From Candidatus Scatocola faecipullorum (GTDB taxonomy: Bacteria; Pseudomonadota; Alphaproteobacteria; RF32; CAG-239), in NCBI GenBank assembly GCA_018714685.1, contig DVNC01000021.1:76758-140757 (forward strand): 64,000 nucleotides of DNA, written 5' to 3'. Positions 9,042 to 18,974 of this stretch are shown in pieces. The translations under genes and the position numbers were made by a program. Each line of letters starts with the position of its first letter. Positions within the stretch are counted from its first letter, which is position 1. Under the pieces are notes generated by a model. It had not been told where the DNA came from. It made no database searches and saw only the letters and a program-made list of their open reading frames with translations.

Positions 9042-9809
9042 ATGATCAGGAACAAAAACGTTTTAATTACCGGAGCCAGTTCAGGCATCGGCGAAGCTTT
9101 GGCCGTGTATTATGCCCAAAACGGCGCGGCCAATTTGTTTATCTGCGGGCGCAATGCGGAACGTCTGGCCAAAGTGCGCGAGGCATGCGAACGGTATGGG
9201 GCAAAGGTTTCTGCCGAAGTGCTGGACGTGACGCAGCGCGAGGCGGTTAAAAACTGGGTGGAGCGTTGCAATGTATCGGCGAATTTGAACATTGTGATTG
9301 CCAATGCCGGGACCGGGACAATCAATGAAACCGAAGAGGCGGTGCTGAACACTTTTAATACCAATGTCAACGGCGTGATTAATACGGTGCTTCCGGCGCT
9401 GGCGGCATACCGGAGCCGTCCGTCCCGTTATCACGGAGACATGGCGGTGGCGGTTATCAGCTCAATGGCCGGTTATCACGGTTTGCCGACCTGTCCGGCA
9501 TACAGTGCCAGCAAAGCCTGTGTGAAAGCCTGGGGCGAAGCGCTGCGTCCGGTTTTAAAACGTGAGGGAATCCGGATGAGCGTTGTTTGCCCGGGGTTTG
9601 TGCGGTCACGAATTACGGATCAGAACACCTGTCCGATGCCTTTTTTTATGGAGGCACCGCAGGCGGCGGAGATTATTGCCAGAGGTATTGAAGCCGATAA
9701 GGGGATTATTGCTTTTCCGTGGCCGTTGCGGCTGGCGGTGTGGCTGGCGTCGATTGTGCCGAACTGTCTGAGCGATTTGATATACGGCCGTCTGCCGCCG
9801 AAGGCATAG
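9042..9809 (+). CDS. Short-chain dehydrogenase/reductase (SDR)
   Basis: TGASSGIGEA cofactor motif, NAG, and YSASK catalytic motif. 255 aa. Confidence 0.85.
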   Translation: MIRNKNVLITGASSGIGEALAVYYAQNGAANLFICGRNAERLAKVREACERYGAKVSAEVLDVTQREAVKNWVERCNVSANLNIVIANAGTGTINETEEAVLNTFNTNVNGVINTVLPALAAYRSRPSRYHGDMAVAVISSMAGYHGLPTCPAYSASKACVKAWGEALRPVLKREGIRMSVVCPGFVRSRITDQNTCPMPFFMEAPQAAEIIARGIEADKGIIAFPWPLRLAVWLASIVPNCLSDLIYGRLPPKA

Positions 9810-11088
9810 TTTTGCCCCGGGGATATTTGCGGCGTTCCAGACGCATGAGAATCCAGAGCAGGGCAAGACCGGGTATCATCATCAGGGTCGTTATCAAGAA
9901 AAAGGCCGGCCAGGAGATAATTTCTTTCATATAGCCGCTGCTGGCGGCAAAAACGTCGCGGGCCAGGCTCATTAATGACGAAAGCAGCGCATACTGGGTA
10001 GCGGTATAAGCGACATTGCAAAGCGAAGACAGATAGGCAACCAGTGCGGTGGAGGCCATGCCGCCGGCGATGTTGTCAAATGAGAGAGTCAGCATCAGCA
10101 TGGGAACGCTGTGGCCGACATAAGCCTGAACGACATACATCAAATTGGATATTCCCTGCAAAATGCCGCAAAGCATCAGCCCCTTAAGCATATTCATCCG
10201 GCTCATGACCAGTCCGCCGACCAGCCCGCCGAAAATGGTGGCTCCCATGCCGAAGATTTTGGAAACAAAAGCAATTTCGCCTTTGCTGAATCCCATATCG
10301 TGATAGAAGGGAAAAGCCATCGGGGCCATATAGGAATCGCTCATGCGATAGAAAAAAATAAATGCCAGTATTAATGCCCAGTCGTTTCTTTTCATAAAGT
10401 CAACGAAAGGATCGTAAACGGCTTTATTCATAAAGTCGTTGAAATTTTTGTAAGACTGTTCGCTGAATTTTTCGGCTTTGGAGGGCTCGCGGGAGAGCAG
10501 AATGGTGAGAATGCCGACAAGCGTGCCGAGCGCCATCAGCAGGTAAACTTGGTTCCAGCTCATGAAAGAGGCCATCCAGATGGCACCGGCACCGGAAGCA
10601 ATGGTGCCGATGCGGTAGCCGATGATATAGACAGCGACGCCGGCCCCTTGTTCTTTGAGGGAAAAACTTTCGATACGGTAGGCGTCGAGAACAACGTCCT
10701 GTGAAGCGGAGGCAATAACGACAATGACGCAGAGCACAGCCAGCAGGCGAAGATTGGCTGCGGGGTCAACGGTGGAAATGAGAGCGATGCCCGCCATCAA
10801 AAGCAGCTGGAAAAAAAGAGCCCAGCCCCGGCGGCGTCCGAGCAGACCGAATCCGGGGAGTTTCAGCCGGTCGAGCAGCGGCGCCCACAGCCATTTGAAA
10901 CTGTAAGGAAGTTTGACGAGAGAAAAAAGCCCGATGGCAATATAGGAAATGCCTTCATCTTTCAGCCAGAGATTAAGCGTGCTGAAAACCAATAAAAGCG
11001 GAAAGCCGCTGGAAAAGCCCAGTCCGACCATGATGAGCATGCGGGGATTGAAGTAAACCCGCAGCGCTTTTATCCATTTCATAAGCAT
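9706..11088 (-). CDS. ampG: AmpG-family muropeptide MFS permease
   Basis: N-terminus LGFSSGFPLLLVFSTLNLWLKDEGISYIAIGLFSLVKLPYSFKWLWAPLLDR is characteristic of AmpG. About 12 predicted TM segments. Confidence 0.85.
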   Translation of the reverse strand: MLMKWIKALRVYFNPRMLIMVGLGFSSGFPLLLVFSTLNLWLKDEGISYIAIGLFSLVKLPYSFKWLWAPLLDRLKLPGFGLLGRRRGWALFFQLLLMAGIALISTVDPAANLRLLAVLCVIVVIASASQDVVLDAYRIESFSLKEQGAGVAVYIIGYRIGTIASGAGAIWMASFMSWNQVYLLMALGTLVGILTILLSREPSKAEKFSEQSYKNFNDFMNKAVYDPFVDFMKRNDWALILAFIFFYRMSDSYMAPMAFPFYHDMGFSKGEIAFVSKIFGMGATIFGGLVGGLVMSRMNMLKGLMLCGILQGISNLMYVVQAYVGHSVPMLMLTLSFDNIAGGMASTALVAYLSSLCNVAYTATQYALLSSLMSLARDVFAASSGYMKEIISWPAFFLITTLMMIPGLALLWILMRLERRKYPRGKTMPSAADGRISNRSDSSAQSTPATPPAATATEKQ

Positions 11089-11317
11089 TTAATTCTCCCT
11101 GTGTTTTTACTTTAGGGCAGAGAGGTTAAATTTTATCTAATAAGCGGCGGATAAGTTTATAAAATTTTAAAAGTAATTCTTATTATCAGTTTTGCACAGG
11201 TCGTTCCCGTAAAAACAAAGGTTTGGCGAAAAGTTTAAATTTGCTGTTTACGCCGCGTTTCGAAGCGGCTATTGTCAAGAAAAACTAACTTCACGGGAAG
11301 ATAAAAGGACTTAGATT

Positions 11318-13603
11318 ATGGCGGATATTCAAATAGTTAAAAGAGACGGCCGGCGGCAGTCGTATGATAATAAAAAAGTGGCGGCCGTGGTTGCCCGAGC
11401 CGCGGCCGGGTTTGAGCTGGATGTTTCTCCTCTGCTGGACGCGGTGAACAATTATGTCAAGGAGGGTATCGGCAGCCAGGAAGTGATGAATTTTCTGATT
11501 TTGACGGCGTTGAATTTGACCAGTGTGGAAAATCCGGATTGGAAAAACGTTGCGGGGCGATTGAAACTGTTTGATCTGTATAAGAAGACGGCTTTGGCAA
11601 GGAACTGCAATCATTGTTATGACCGTCTGTACGATTATCCGGTCTTTTTGCAGCAGATGTGGGCGGATGGTTGTTATGACCGGGAATGGCAGGCGAAATA
11701 TTCGGCGGAAGAACTGGCCGAAGCCGGAACCTTTATTAAACCGGCGTATGATTTGGTGTATGATTATGCCGGCATCAATTTGCTGATTAAGCGTTATTTG
11801 TGCGAATACAACGACCGGATTGCCGAGCTGCCGCAGGAAATGTTTCTGACGATTGCCCTGCTGATTGAGCAAAATGAAAAGCCGGAAAATCGCATGGCGC
11901 AGGTAAAAGATACCTATGAAAAACTGGCTAACCGGAAAATTTCGCTGGCAACGCCGCTGCTGATGAATCTGCGGCGGCCGCACGGCAATTTGAGTTCCTG
12001 TTTCATTACGGTTATGGATGACAACCGGGAATCGATTTTTTATGTGATTGATCAGATTTCCGCCATTTCAAAGTTTGGCGGCGGTGTCGGTGTCAACATT
12101 TCCCGGGTGCGCTGCAAAGGGGCGCGCATTAAGGGGATTAAAAATTCCTCCGGCGGCGTGATTCCCTGGATCAGAATTATCAACGACACGGCGGTAGCGG
12201 TCAATCAGCAAGGAAAACGCAAAGGGGCCGTAACCGTTTCGCTTGATATGTGGCATATGGATATTGAAGATTTTCTTCAGCTGCGGACGGAAAACGGCGA
12301 CCAGCGAATGAAAGCCTATGATATCTTTCCGCAGGTGGTGGTGCCGGATTTGTTTATGAAGAAAGTGGAAGCCGATGAAGACTGGCTGGTGGTTGACCCC
12401 TCGGAAGTGCGGACAAAATATCAGGTTGAATTGGGCGATTTGTGGGGGGAAGAATTTAACCGGGTCTATGAGCAGCTTTATTTGGATGCGCAGTTCGGCA
12501 AGCTGGAGATGTTTAAGTTTATTTCGGCGAAGGAGCTGCTGAAAAAAGTGATGCGCTCGCAGATTGAAACAGGTATGCCTTATATCGCTTTCAAGGATAC
12601 GCTGAACAAGTATAATCCGAACAAGCATGACGGCGTGATTGTCGGTACAAACCTGTGTACGGAATCGCACAGCAACGTCAAGCCGACACGGTTTGATGCG
12701 GAGCGAATCGAAAACGGCAAGATTATCCGCGAAATGAGCGGCGGTTTGGTTCATGTCTGCAATCTGGTGTCTATCAATCTGGCCAATGTTGACAGCGATG
12801 AAGAACTGGAAAGCATTTGCCGGACTTCGGTGCGGATTTTGGATAATGCGATTGATTTTACCGAAGTGCCGATTTTGGAAGGGCGGCAGCATAATCTGCG
12901 CTATCGCACCATCGGGGTCGGGGCGATGGGGCTGGCCGACCATTTGGCCAAGAACAATATTCCTTATATCAATTCGGCCGATTATGTTGATGAGCTGTTT
13001 GAAAAAATGGCAATTTACAATATTCGTGCCAGTATTGCGGCCGCACGAGAAAAAGGAACGTTTGAGGCTTATGAGGGTTCTGACTGGCAAAAAGGGATTA
13101 TTATGGGCAAACGCCAATTATGGTTTAATGCCAATTCCAAACATAAAGAGGCCTGGAACGACATTTTCAGAGACTTGCAGAAATACGGCATTCGCAATTC
13201 GCAAATCAGTGCGATTGCTCCGAATACAAGTTCGTCGCTGATTCAAGGGTGCAGCGCCTCGGTGCTGCCGGTTTACAGCAAGTTTTTTGTGGAGACGCAC
13301 GGCAAAGGAAGCATTCCCAACTGTCCGCCTTTTATCAAGGACAAATTCTGGTTTTATCAGGAAAACCGCAATATTAACCAGAAGGTGGTGATTGAGGTGA
13401 TGTCGCGGATTAACAAGTGGATTGACACCGGCATTTCAATTGAGCTGATGTATAATCTTAACCGCAATATCCGGGCGCGGGATATTTATGAAACGATTAT
13501 GGATGCCTGGAAAAAAGATATTAAAACCCTTTATTATACGCGGACGATTCAGAAAGACGGTTCGGCTTCCGAAAAAAGCGAATGTGTCAGCTGCGCCGGT
13601 TAA
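11318..13603 (+). CDS. nrdA: Ribonucleoside-diphosphate reductase alpha subunit (class I)
   Basis: ATP-cone N-terminus VKRDGRRQSYDNKKV, active-site block GTNLCTES, C-terminal CxxC tail ECVSCAG. 761 aa. Confidence 0.95.
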   Translation: MADIQIVKRDGRRQSYDNKKVAAVVARAAAGFELDVSPLLDAVNNYVKEGIGSQEVMNFLILTALNLTSVENPDWKNVAGRLKLFDLYKKTALARNCNHCYDRLYDYPVFLQQMWADGCYDREWQAKYSAEELAEAGTFIKPAYDLVYDYAGINLLIKRYLCEYNDRIAELPQEMFLTIALLIEQNEKPENRMAQVKDTYEKLANRKISLATPLLMNLRRPHGNLSSCFITVMDDNRESIFYVIDQISAISKFGGGVGVNISRVRCKGARIKGIKNSSGGVIPWIRIINDTAVAVNQQGKRKGAVTVSLDMWHMDIEDFLQLRTENGDQRMKAYDIFPQVVVPDLFMKKVEADEDWLVVDPSEVRTKYQVELGDLWGEEFNRVYEQLYLDAQFGKLEMFKFISAKELLKKVMRSQIETGMPYIAFKDTLNKYNPNKHDGVIVGTNLCTESHSNVKPTRFDAERIENGKIIREMSGGLVHVCNLVSINLANVDSDEELESICRTSVRILDNAIDFTEVPILEGRQHNLRYRTIGVGAMGLADHLAKNNIPYINSADYVDELFEKMAIYNIRASIAAAREKGTFEAYEGSDWQKGIIMGKRQLWFNANSKHKEAWNDIFRDLQKYGIRNSQISAIAPNTSSSLIQGCSASVLPVYSKFFVETHGKGSIPNCPPFIKDKFWFYQENRNINQKVVIEVMSRINKWIDTGISIELMYNLNRNIRARDIYETIMDAWKKDIKTLYYTRTIQKDGSASEKSECVSCAG

Positions 13604-13624
13604 CAGCAAAGAAAGGATAGCGAT

Positions 13625-14659
13625 ATGCAAAGAAAGAAACTTTTTAACGTCAGCGGAAACGATGATATTACCAACCGGCGGATGGTCGGCGGCAATGTAA
13701 CCAATCTGTTTAATCTGAACAATGTCAAATATCAGTGGGCCAACAAGCTGTATCGCCTGATGATGGAAAACTTTTGGATTCCGGAGAAGGTTTCGCTGTT
13801 TGACGACAAGCGGGCTTATGACGAATTGACGCCGGCCGAACAAAAAGCTTATGACGGCATATTGTCTTTTTTGGTTTTTCTTGACAGTATTCAGACCAAT
13901 AATCTGCCGAATATCAGCGATTATATTACCGCTCCGGAGGTTAATCTGATTCTGGCCATTCAGACTTATCAGGAAGCAGTACACTCGCAGAGTTATGCTT
14001 ATATCATCGAAAGCATTATTCCGGCGGCAAAACGGGAGGAAATTTATAACAAATGGCGCGAAGACAAGGTTCTGCTGGAACGCAACAAATATATCGCCGA
14101 GATTTATCAGGATTTTATCGATAACCGTAATGACAAAAATTTTGCCCGGGTGCTGGTGGCCAATTTTCTGTTGGAGGGTCTGTATTTTTATAACGGATTT
14201 AATTTCTTTTATAATCTGGCTGCCCGTTCGCTGATGATCGGAACGGCCGACGAAATTAAATATATTAACCGCGACGAGCTGACCCACTGCGTGATTTTTG
14301 CCAATATTATCAAAGAAATCCGCCAGGAAAGGCATGATTTTTTCAATGATGACGAGATTTATGAAATGTTTGCCAAAGCAACCGAGCAGGAAATCAACTG
14401 GAGCAATCATATTATCGGCAATCGGGTGATGGGCATTACGCCGGAAACGATTGAGCAATATACCAAATTTATGGCTAACAAACGTCTGAAAGAAATCGGA
14501 ATGCAACCGTTGTTTGAGGGATTTGACAGCAATCCGTACAAGCAGCTGGAAAATATTGCCGACACGAACGGAGCCGGCAGCGTGAAAGGCAATTTCTTTG
14601 AGGCCAATGTTTCTTCCTATAACCAGAGTACGGCGATTGAGGGTTGGGAGGAAATCTGA
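13625..14659 (+). CDS. nrdB: Ribonucleoside-diphosphate reductase beta subunit
   Basis: Di-iron/tyrosyl motif QEAVHSQSYAYII and a second EGLYF...E..H block. Starts 21 nt after nrdA. Confidence 0.95.
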   Translation: MQRKKLFNVSGNDDITNRRMVGGNVTNLFNLNNVKYQWANKLYRLMMENFWIPEKVSLFDDKRAYDELTPAEQKAYDGILSFLVFLDSIQTNNLPNISDYITAPEVNLILAIQTYQEAVHSQSYAYIIESIIPAAKREEIYNKWREDKVLLERNKYIAEIYQDFIDNRNDKNFARVLVANFLLEGLYFYNGFNFFYNLAARSLMIGTADEIKYINRDELTHCVIFANIIKEIRQERHDFFNDDEIYEMFAKATEQEINWSNHIIGNRVMGITPETIEQYTKFMANKRLKEIGMQPLFEGFDSNPYKQLENIADTNGAGSVKGNFFEANVSSYNQSTAIEGWEEI

Positions 14660-14688
14660 CTGTACGAAAAAAACGTGTTCTGTTTGCA

Positions 14689-14727
14689 AAGCCTTGCTTT
14701 CGTTTCCGTAAAGCAGGGCTTTTGTTT
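14689..14727 (+). terminator. Rho-independent terminator after nrdB
   Basis: Hairpin aagccttgcttt-cgtttccgt-aaagcagggctt followed by ttgttt. Confidence 0.6.
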
Positions 14728-14908
14728 ATAAATCAAAAGTATATAAATATAGAACTAAAGTTGAATTTTAAATTCTTTTTCTCAATTTTTGGTATTTTAT
14801 TTATTTATAAAACAATAAATAGTTAGATTATAGTTGCATAATTTTCTTTTATGTTCTATTAAATAAACAGAGGGGTACAATTTTCCATTAATAGTTTGGG
14901 GAAATGCA

Positions 14909-15373
14909 ATGGTTAAGGACAATTATGCTATGGATACTAAAGACGAAGATATCGTCGGTCAGCCTAATCCCGTTGATATTTATGTTGGCAGCAGACTGAA
15001 ACTCAGGAGATTGATTTTAGGAATTTCGCAGAAAAAAATGGCTGAAAAACTGGGGATTACCTTTCAACAGGTGCAGAAATATGAAAACGGCATTAACCGC
15101 ATCAGCGCCAGCCGTCTCTGGGACATCAGCAAGCTTTTGAAAGTTCAGGTCGAATATTTTTTTGACGGCATGAACGAAAGCATTCAGGCACAAAGCCCGC
15201 GCAGTTTGAGAAAAAATACAATCCGCAGCCGGCAGGAAATCGGGGAATCTTTCGATGATCCGATGCTGCGGCAGGAATCTATCCGGCTTATTAAGGCCTA
15301 TTCCCGTATCAATAATGAGAAATTGTGTCGTAAACTGTTAGATTTGATGATTGAGATGTCACTGCCGAAATGA
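14909..15373 (+). CDS. XRE-family helix-turn-helix transcriptional regulator
   Basis: GSRLKLRRLILGISQKKMAEKLGITFQQVQKYENGINRISASRLWDISKLL is a Cro/C1-type HTH. It follows a long AT-rich upstream region. Confidence 0.8.
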   Translation: MVKDNYAMDTKDEDIVGQPNPVDIYVGSRLKLRRLILGISQKKMAEKLGITFQQVQKYENGINRISASRLWDISKLLKVQVEYFFDGMNESIQAQSPRSLRKNTIRSRQEIGESFDDPMLRQESIRLIKAYSRINNEKLCRKLLDLMIEMSLPK

Positions 15374-15377
15374 AAAT

Positions 15378-15917
15378 TCAACGGTGCCGCCGCAGTAAAA
15401 TATACAAGGCCCCGGAGCCTCCGAGTTTGGCCGGAGGATGATTGAAAGCGAGAATCAACGGGCGGAGTTCGCGACTGTTGAGCCAACGGGGTACACTTTC
15501 TTTCAGCTTGCCTTTAGGCGTAAAAACGTCTGTCTCTTCGGAACGGGTGAGGCCTTTGCCGGTAATGATGATAATGCAACGTTTGTTTTGCAGGTAAGCT
15601 TTCTGTACAAAGCCGAAAACGGCCTCAAAGGCGTCGTCTTCACGGTAACCGTGCAAATCAAGCACCTCTTCGACGGGAAATTCGCAGCGCTTAAAACGTT
15701 TGGCCATGCTGCCGTCCATGCCTTCGGTATCGCCGACGGCAAGTTCGGGAAGAATTTCCCCCCGGTAGGCTGCCGCCAAGTTGACGCTTGGTTTGATTTC
15801 GGGCAGTATCACCGGTTTGGACGGCGGTATTTCTCGGACGGGAAGTTTGCGGATATCCCGGGTAATTTCCTCCCATAAGGCGTTGTCTTCGGAATCATTC
15901 GGCTGCGGCTTGTTCAT
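15378..15917 (-). CDS. Smr-domain protein
   Basis: C-terminal Smr domain LDLHGYREDDAFEAV...IIITGKG...GGSGALYILLRR. The start is set at MNKPQP (ATG 15917) rather than the longer track ORF, which overlaps the upstream gene. Confidence 0.8.
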   Translation of the reverse strand: MNKPQPNDSEDNALWEEITRDIRKLPVREIPPSKPVILPEIKPSVNLAAAYRGEILPELAVGDTEGMDGSMAKRFKRCEFPVEEVLDLHGYREDDAFEAVFGFVQKAYLQNKRCIIIITGKGLTRSEETDVFTPKGKLKESVPRWLNSRELRPLILAFNHPPAKLGGSGALYILLRRHR

Positions 15918-16398
15918 TGTCGGCAGCCTTGTCAGCAGGAGTGTTTTCCGTTTCAACCATATAGTCGGCAAAATTGCGGACGACAAATTCTTTCCAGTCG
16001 CCTTCGGGCGAAACACAGCCTGATTTTTTATCCTGCGCATTGACCAGAACGATACCGCCGAATTCCCAAAGCTTGACGCAGTTGTCATAGCTGCTGGTAA
16101 AATAGTCTTTGGTTCGCTGAATAAGGCAGCGGTCAACTTTCTTTTTGAAATATGCAGTATAAATCATAATCATGGCAATCATAAACGACAGCCCGAAAAT
16201 GACGCTGACGCTTAAAATCAAAATCAGCCCGGTTAAAACCGGGGTGAGAACCGGGAGCAGATTTTCCCAGGCGTCATAGACGGGAGAGCCGGGGCGGTTG
16301 ATTTTGCCGTAGTCCAGATAAATGCGCAGCTGGTCTTTTTCGATTGCCTTGTTAAGCGCTTTATAGATTAAGAGGTCGGCTTTGCTGGGTTTACTCAT
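15895..16398 (-). CDS. Hypothetical membrane protein (two central TM helices)
   Basis: 167-aa ORF tightly packed between mltA (1-nt gap) and smr (23-nt overlap). Hydrophobic core LLPVLTPVLTGLILILSVSVIFGLSFMIAMIMIY. I recognise no family. Confidence 0.55.
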   Translation of the reverse strand: MSKPSKADLLIYKALNKAIEKDQLRIYLDYGKINRPGSPVYDAWENLLPVLTPVLTGLILILSVSVIFGLSFMIAMIMIYTAYFKKKVDRCLIQRTKDYFTSSYDNCVKLWEFGGIVLVNAQDKKSGCVSPEGDWKEFVVRNFADYMVETENTPADKAADNEQAAAE

Positions 16399-16399
16399 G

Positions 16400-17617
16400 T
16401 CAGTTGGCCTTGTTTTGCGGAATTAGAATAAAATAACGGCCGGCGGAGTTCATCTTTCCGGCTTTTTCAAGAACGTCGTCTTTGCCGGAACCCCAGAAAT
16501 AATCGCCGCGAATCGGTCCTTTGATGGCGCTGCCGATATCCTGGGCGACGACCAGCTTTTCAATTTTTTCACGGTCGGGACCGGTCGTTTCCAGCCAAAT
16601 CAGACTGCCGAGAGGAATGTATCTGCGGTCAACGGCGAGGCTGCGGCCGGCATGGAGCGGTACGCCGTGCGCACCGATGGGGCCGTCGGCCCGGGAGATG
16701 CGGTGAAAGATAAAGCGTTTGTTTTCGCGCATTTCGCGGGCGGCAATTTCCGGATTGGCTTTCAGCCATTTTTTTATGTTGCCCATGGTGGCTTCGCCGG
16801 GTTTGATGTAGCCTTTTTCAAGCAAAATGCTGCCGATGCCTTTAAACGGGTGGCCGTTATTGTCGGCATAGCTGATGCGAACCGTTCTTCCGTCGGGCAG
16901 AGTAGCAACGGCAGAACCCTGAATCTGCATGATGTTGATGTCGATATTGCTGTCACCCCAAAGGATAACCGGTGCGGAGATGTTGTTTTTTTCAATTTCT
17001 TCGCGGGTATAATAAGGAATCAGTTTCTGATCTTTTACGCGGCCGATAAGACGTTTGGAAGGCAGCGAAGGATCAAAATCGCGCGGGTTAAATTCTATCA
17101 AATCCAGCGGTTTGCCGTAGATGGGAAATTTGTAAATACCGGTTTGAATCGGCGAGGCGTTAATGGCCGCTTCGTAATAAGAAGTAAATTTTCCCTGATC
17201 GGAACCGTCGGCAATTACCAAAAACGGCAGAAAGTTGCTTTCAAGAAAATATTTGAATTCCACGGCGGTGGAGATGTCCGCATTTATCAGGCGTTGACAA
17301 GCCAGCTGGTAAGCGGCAGTCGGAATTCTTAATTCGGAATCCGACAGGAAAGGGCCTTTTTCCTTCAAGATTTTAAGACAGCTGTGTTTAAAGCCGCTCA
17401 AAGCTTCGACCAGATTATCGTTTTTCCAGTTGGGAAGGTCTTTAAATTGCCGGGCTTCCAGTTTTATTTTTGGCTGCGGCGGTGTGACGGGTACCGGTGT
17501 TTTATCAATGGAAATCTGCGGCAGTTCTTCAACCTGCTGCGGTTTGGGGGAAGATTCCTCTTTGCCGCAGGAAGCCAGCAACAGAGAGAGGACTATCAGC
17601 GAAAACAGTTTTTTCAT
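16400..17617 (-). CDS. mltA: Membrane-bound lytic murein transglycosylase A (lipoprotein)
   Basis: Lipobox LLLASCG. MltA-specific and 3D-domain blocks (YFEAA.., IGRSLAVD, DIGSAIKGPIRGDYFWG). Confidence 0.9.
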   Translation of the reverse strand: MKKLFSLIVLSLLLASCGKEESSPKPQQVEELPQISIDKTPVPVTPPQPKIKLEARQFKDLPNWKNDNLVEALSGFKHSCLKILKEKGPFLSDSELRIPTAAYQLACQRLINADISTAVEFKYFLESNFLPFLVIADGSDQGKFTSYYEAAINASPIQTGIYKFPIYGKPLDLIEFNPRDFDPSLPSKRLIGRVKDQKLIPYYTREEIEKNNISAPVILWGDSNIDINIMQIQGSAVATLPDGRTVRISYADNNGHPFKGIGSILLEKGYIKPGEATMGNIKKWLKANPEIAAREMRENKRFIFHRISRADGPIGAHGVPLHAGRSLAVDRRYIPLGSLIWLETTGPDREKIEKLVVAQDIGSAIKGPIRGDYFWGSGKDDVLEKAGKMNSAGRYFILIPQNKAN

Positions 17618-18276
17618 TATTTTTTAGTCGATACCAGTAGCCAGTTGGGGTTAGTGGAAGTCAGGCAGCGTTCAAACGTCCAGACATCGGTAATATTCTG
17701 AATGAAATTTTCGTCGCCTTCAATGATTTCGTCATCTTTGTTTTTTAACAGGTTAACCTGTTCGGAAACGAATTTGACGGTGATTTTGGCAATATCGTTT
17801 TTGGATATTTTAGCCGCAGTGATTTCGGCCTGATCAAAGCCGATAAGGTCGGTTTCGGCGCTGATGCCTTCGGCCCGGCGCTTTTCGATAATTTCCTGAA
17901 ATTTCTTTATCAGGGATTTGCTGACCAGATTTTCCAGCGTTTCGGTGTCGCCTTTGCTGAAAGCGGTTACAATGATTTCAAAGGCGCGTTTGGCTCCGGT
18001 AATAAAGCGTTCTTTGTTGAAACCGGGAATTTTGACCAGCGTTTTATCCAAATCGCTCATGTTTTCTTCCGGAACGGAATCTTTTTCAACGGCCGTCTGT
18101 TGCTGTTTCTCGGCTTCTTTGACAATCATGTCAAAGATTTTGGCCGCGCTTTCTTCGGAAATTTTGGTGCGGGTAATTTCCGTATCGGGACGGGTTCCGA
18201 GCAGACTCCTGAGTTTCTGAAAAATCAGAATAACCGCAACCAAGAGAATGATAATATCAAGAGAACCCATTTCCAA
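17617..18276 (-). CDS. Tim44-like domain membrane protein
   Basis: N-terminal TM helix plus a C-terminal Tim44-like fold (FITGAKRAFEIIVTAFSKGD...WTFERCL...NPNWLLVST). Its position next to secB is the usual alphaproteobacterial one. Confidence 0.85.
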   Translation of the reverse strand: MEMGSLDIIILLVAVILIFQKLRSLLGTRPDTEITRTKISEESAAKIFDMIVKEAEKQQQTAVEKDSVPEENMSDLDKTLVKIPGFNKERFITGAKRAFEIIVTAFSKGDTETLENLVSKSLIKKFQEIIEKRRAEGISAETDLIGFDQAEITAAKISKNDIAKITVKFVSEQVNLLKNKDDEIIEGDENFIQNITDVWTFERCLTSTNPNWLLVSTKK

Positions 18277-18408
18277 TACCTTTCATTTTGTCATCTGTTA
18301 TCATATATAGCTTTTTATGAGGCATTTATCAACCATAAATGTTTGACCTCGGAATTTATTTGTTGTAGCCTGAGCCTAACCGTTATTATAGCACAAAGGA
18401 TGTTTAAA

Positions 18409-18867
18409 ATGAGTGAAGAACAGCAGAAACAAGCCGGAAACGAAAATAATCCGCAGCCGGCGATTATGGTTAATACCCAGTATATTAAGGACCTGTCCCT
18501 GGAAATTCCGCATGCGCCGGAGATTTTCCGCGAACTGACCGAAGCCCCGAAAGTCGATATTCACGTTGATGTCGATGCTCAGAAACTGCATGACAATTTT
18601 TATAATGTCAGTCTGAGTTTTAAAATGGACGGCGATATTAAGGACAAAAAACTGTTTATCCTTGAACTGGTTTATTCTGCTGTAGTGGCGCTGAATGTGC
18701 CGGAAGAACATCTGGAGCCGGTTTTGCTGATTGAAATTCCGCGGCTGATTTTTCCGTTTGCCCGCAATGTGATCACCAATTGCCTGGTTGAGGGCGGTTT
18801 GCCGCCGTTTATGATTAATCCGATTGATTTTGTCGCAATGTATCAGCAACGGAAACAGACACACTAA
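18409..18867 (+). CDS. secB: Protein-export chaperone SecB
   Basis: NTQYIKDLSLEIPHAPEIF...LIEIPRLIFPFARNVI...GGLPPFMINPIDF matches SecB. The start is at MSEEQQ with AAGGA upstream, so the longer track ORF is rejected. Confidence 0.9.
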   Translation: MSEEQQKQAGNENNPQPAIMVNTQYIKDLSLEIPHAPEIFRELTEAPKVDIHVDVDAQKLHDNFYNVSLSFKMDGDIKDKKLFILELVYSAVVALNVPEEHLEPVLLIEIPRLIFPFARNVITNCLVEGGLPPFMINPIDFVAMYQQRKQTH

Positions 18868-18932
18868 AAAAAAGACTGGATTTTTTAAAAGAAGTGTGTT
18901 AGGTATATTGACATATTAAATGAATTATTGGA

Positions 18933-18958
18933 AGTGGGGTCGAAAGCCCCGCTTTTTT
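18933..18958 (+). terminator. Hairpin plus T-run after secB and upstream of rimP
   Basis: agtgggg-tcgaaag-ccccgct followed by tttttt. Confidence 0.5.
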
Positions 18959-18974
18959 GTTAGGAAAAACCGAT

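Noticed and set aside
11089-11317. NrdR box or riboswitch in the 230-nt nrdA upstream region.
   Set aside because: No paired 16-nt NrdR-box-like palindromes or B12-riboswitch core are visible. Only a small hairpin is present (gccgc-gtttcgaa-gcggc).
13436-14689. 417-aa ORF antisense to the whole of nrdB, plus the 349-aa (12068-13117) and 230-aa (11291-11983) ORFs antisense to nrdA.
   Set aside because: They lie exactly opposite genes with unmistakable RNR motifs. Their translations are low-complexity (I/F/N/R/Q-rich) with no motifs or RBS. They are shadow ORFs caused by codon bias on the sense strand.
18100-18408. Long N-terminal extension of the secB track ORF, and similar upstream extensions for pnp (28625), thyA (38607), trmL (37966), rimP (18957) and the Smr protein (16136).
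   Set aside because: The extensions overlap neighbouring genes or repeats and lack an RBS. Internal Met codons with Shine-Dalgarno sequences match the conserved N-termini of the families.
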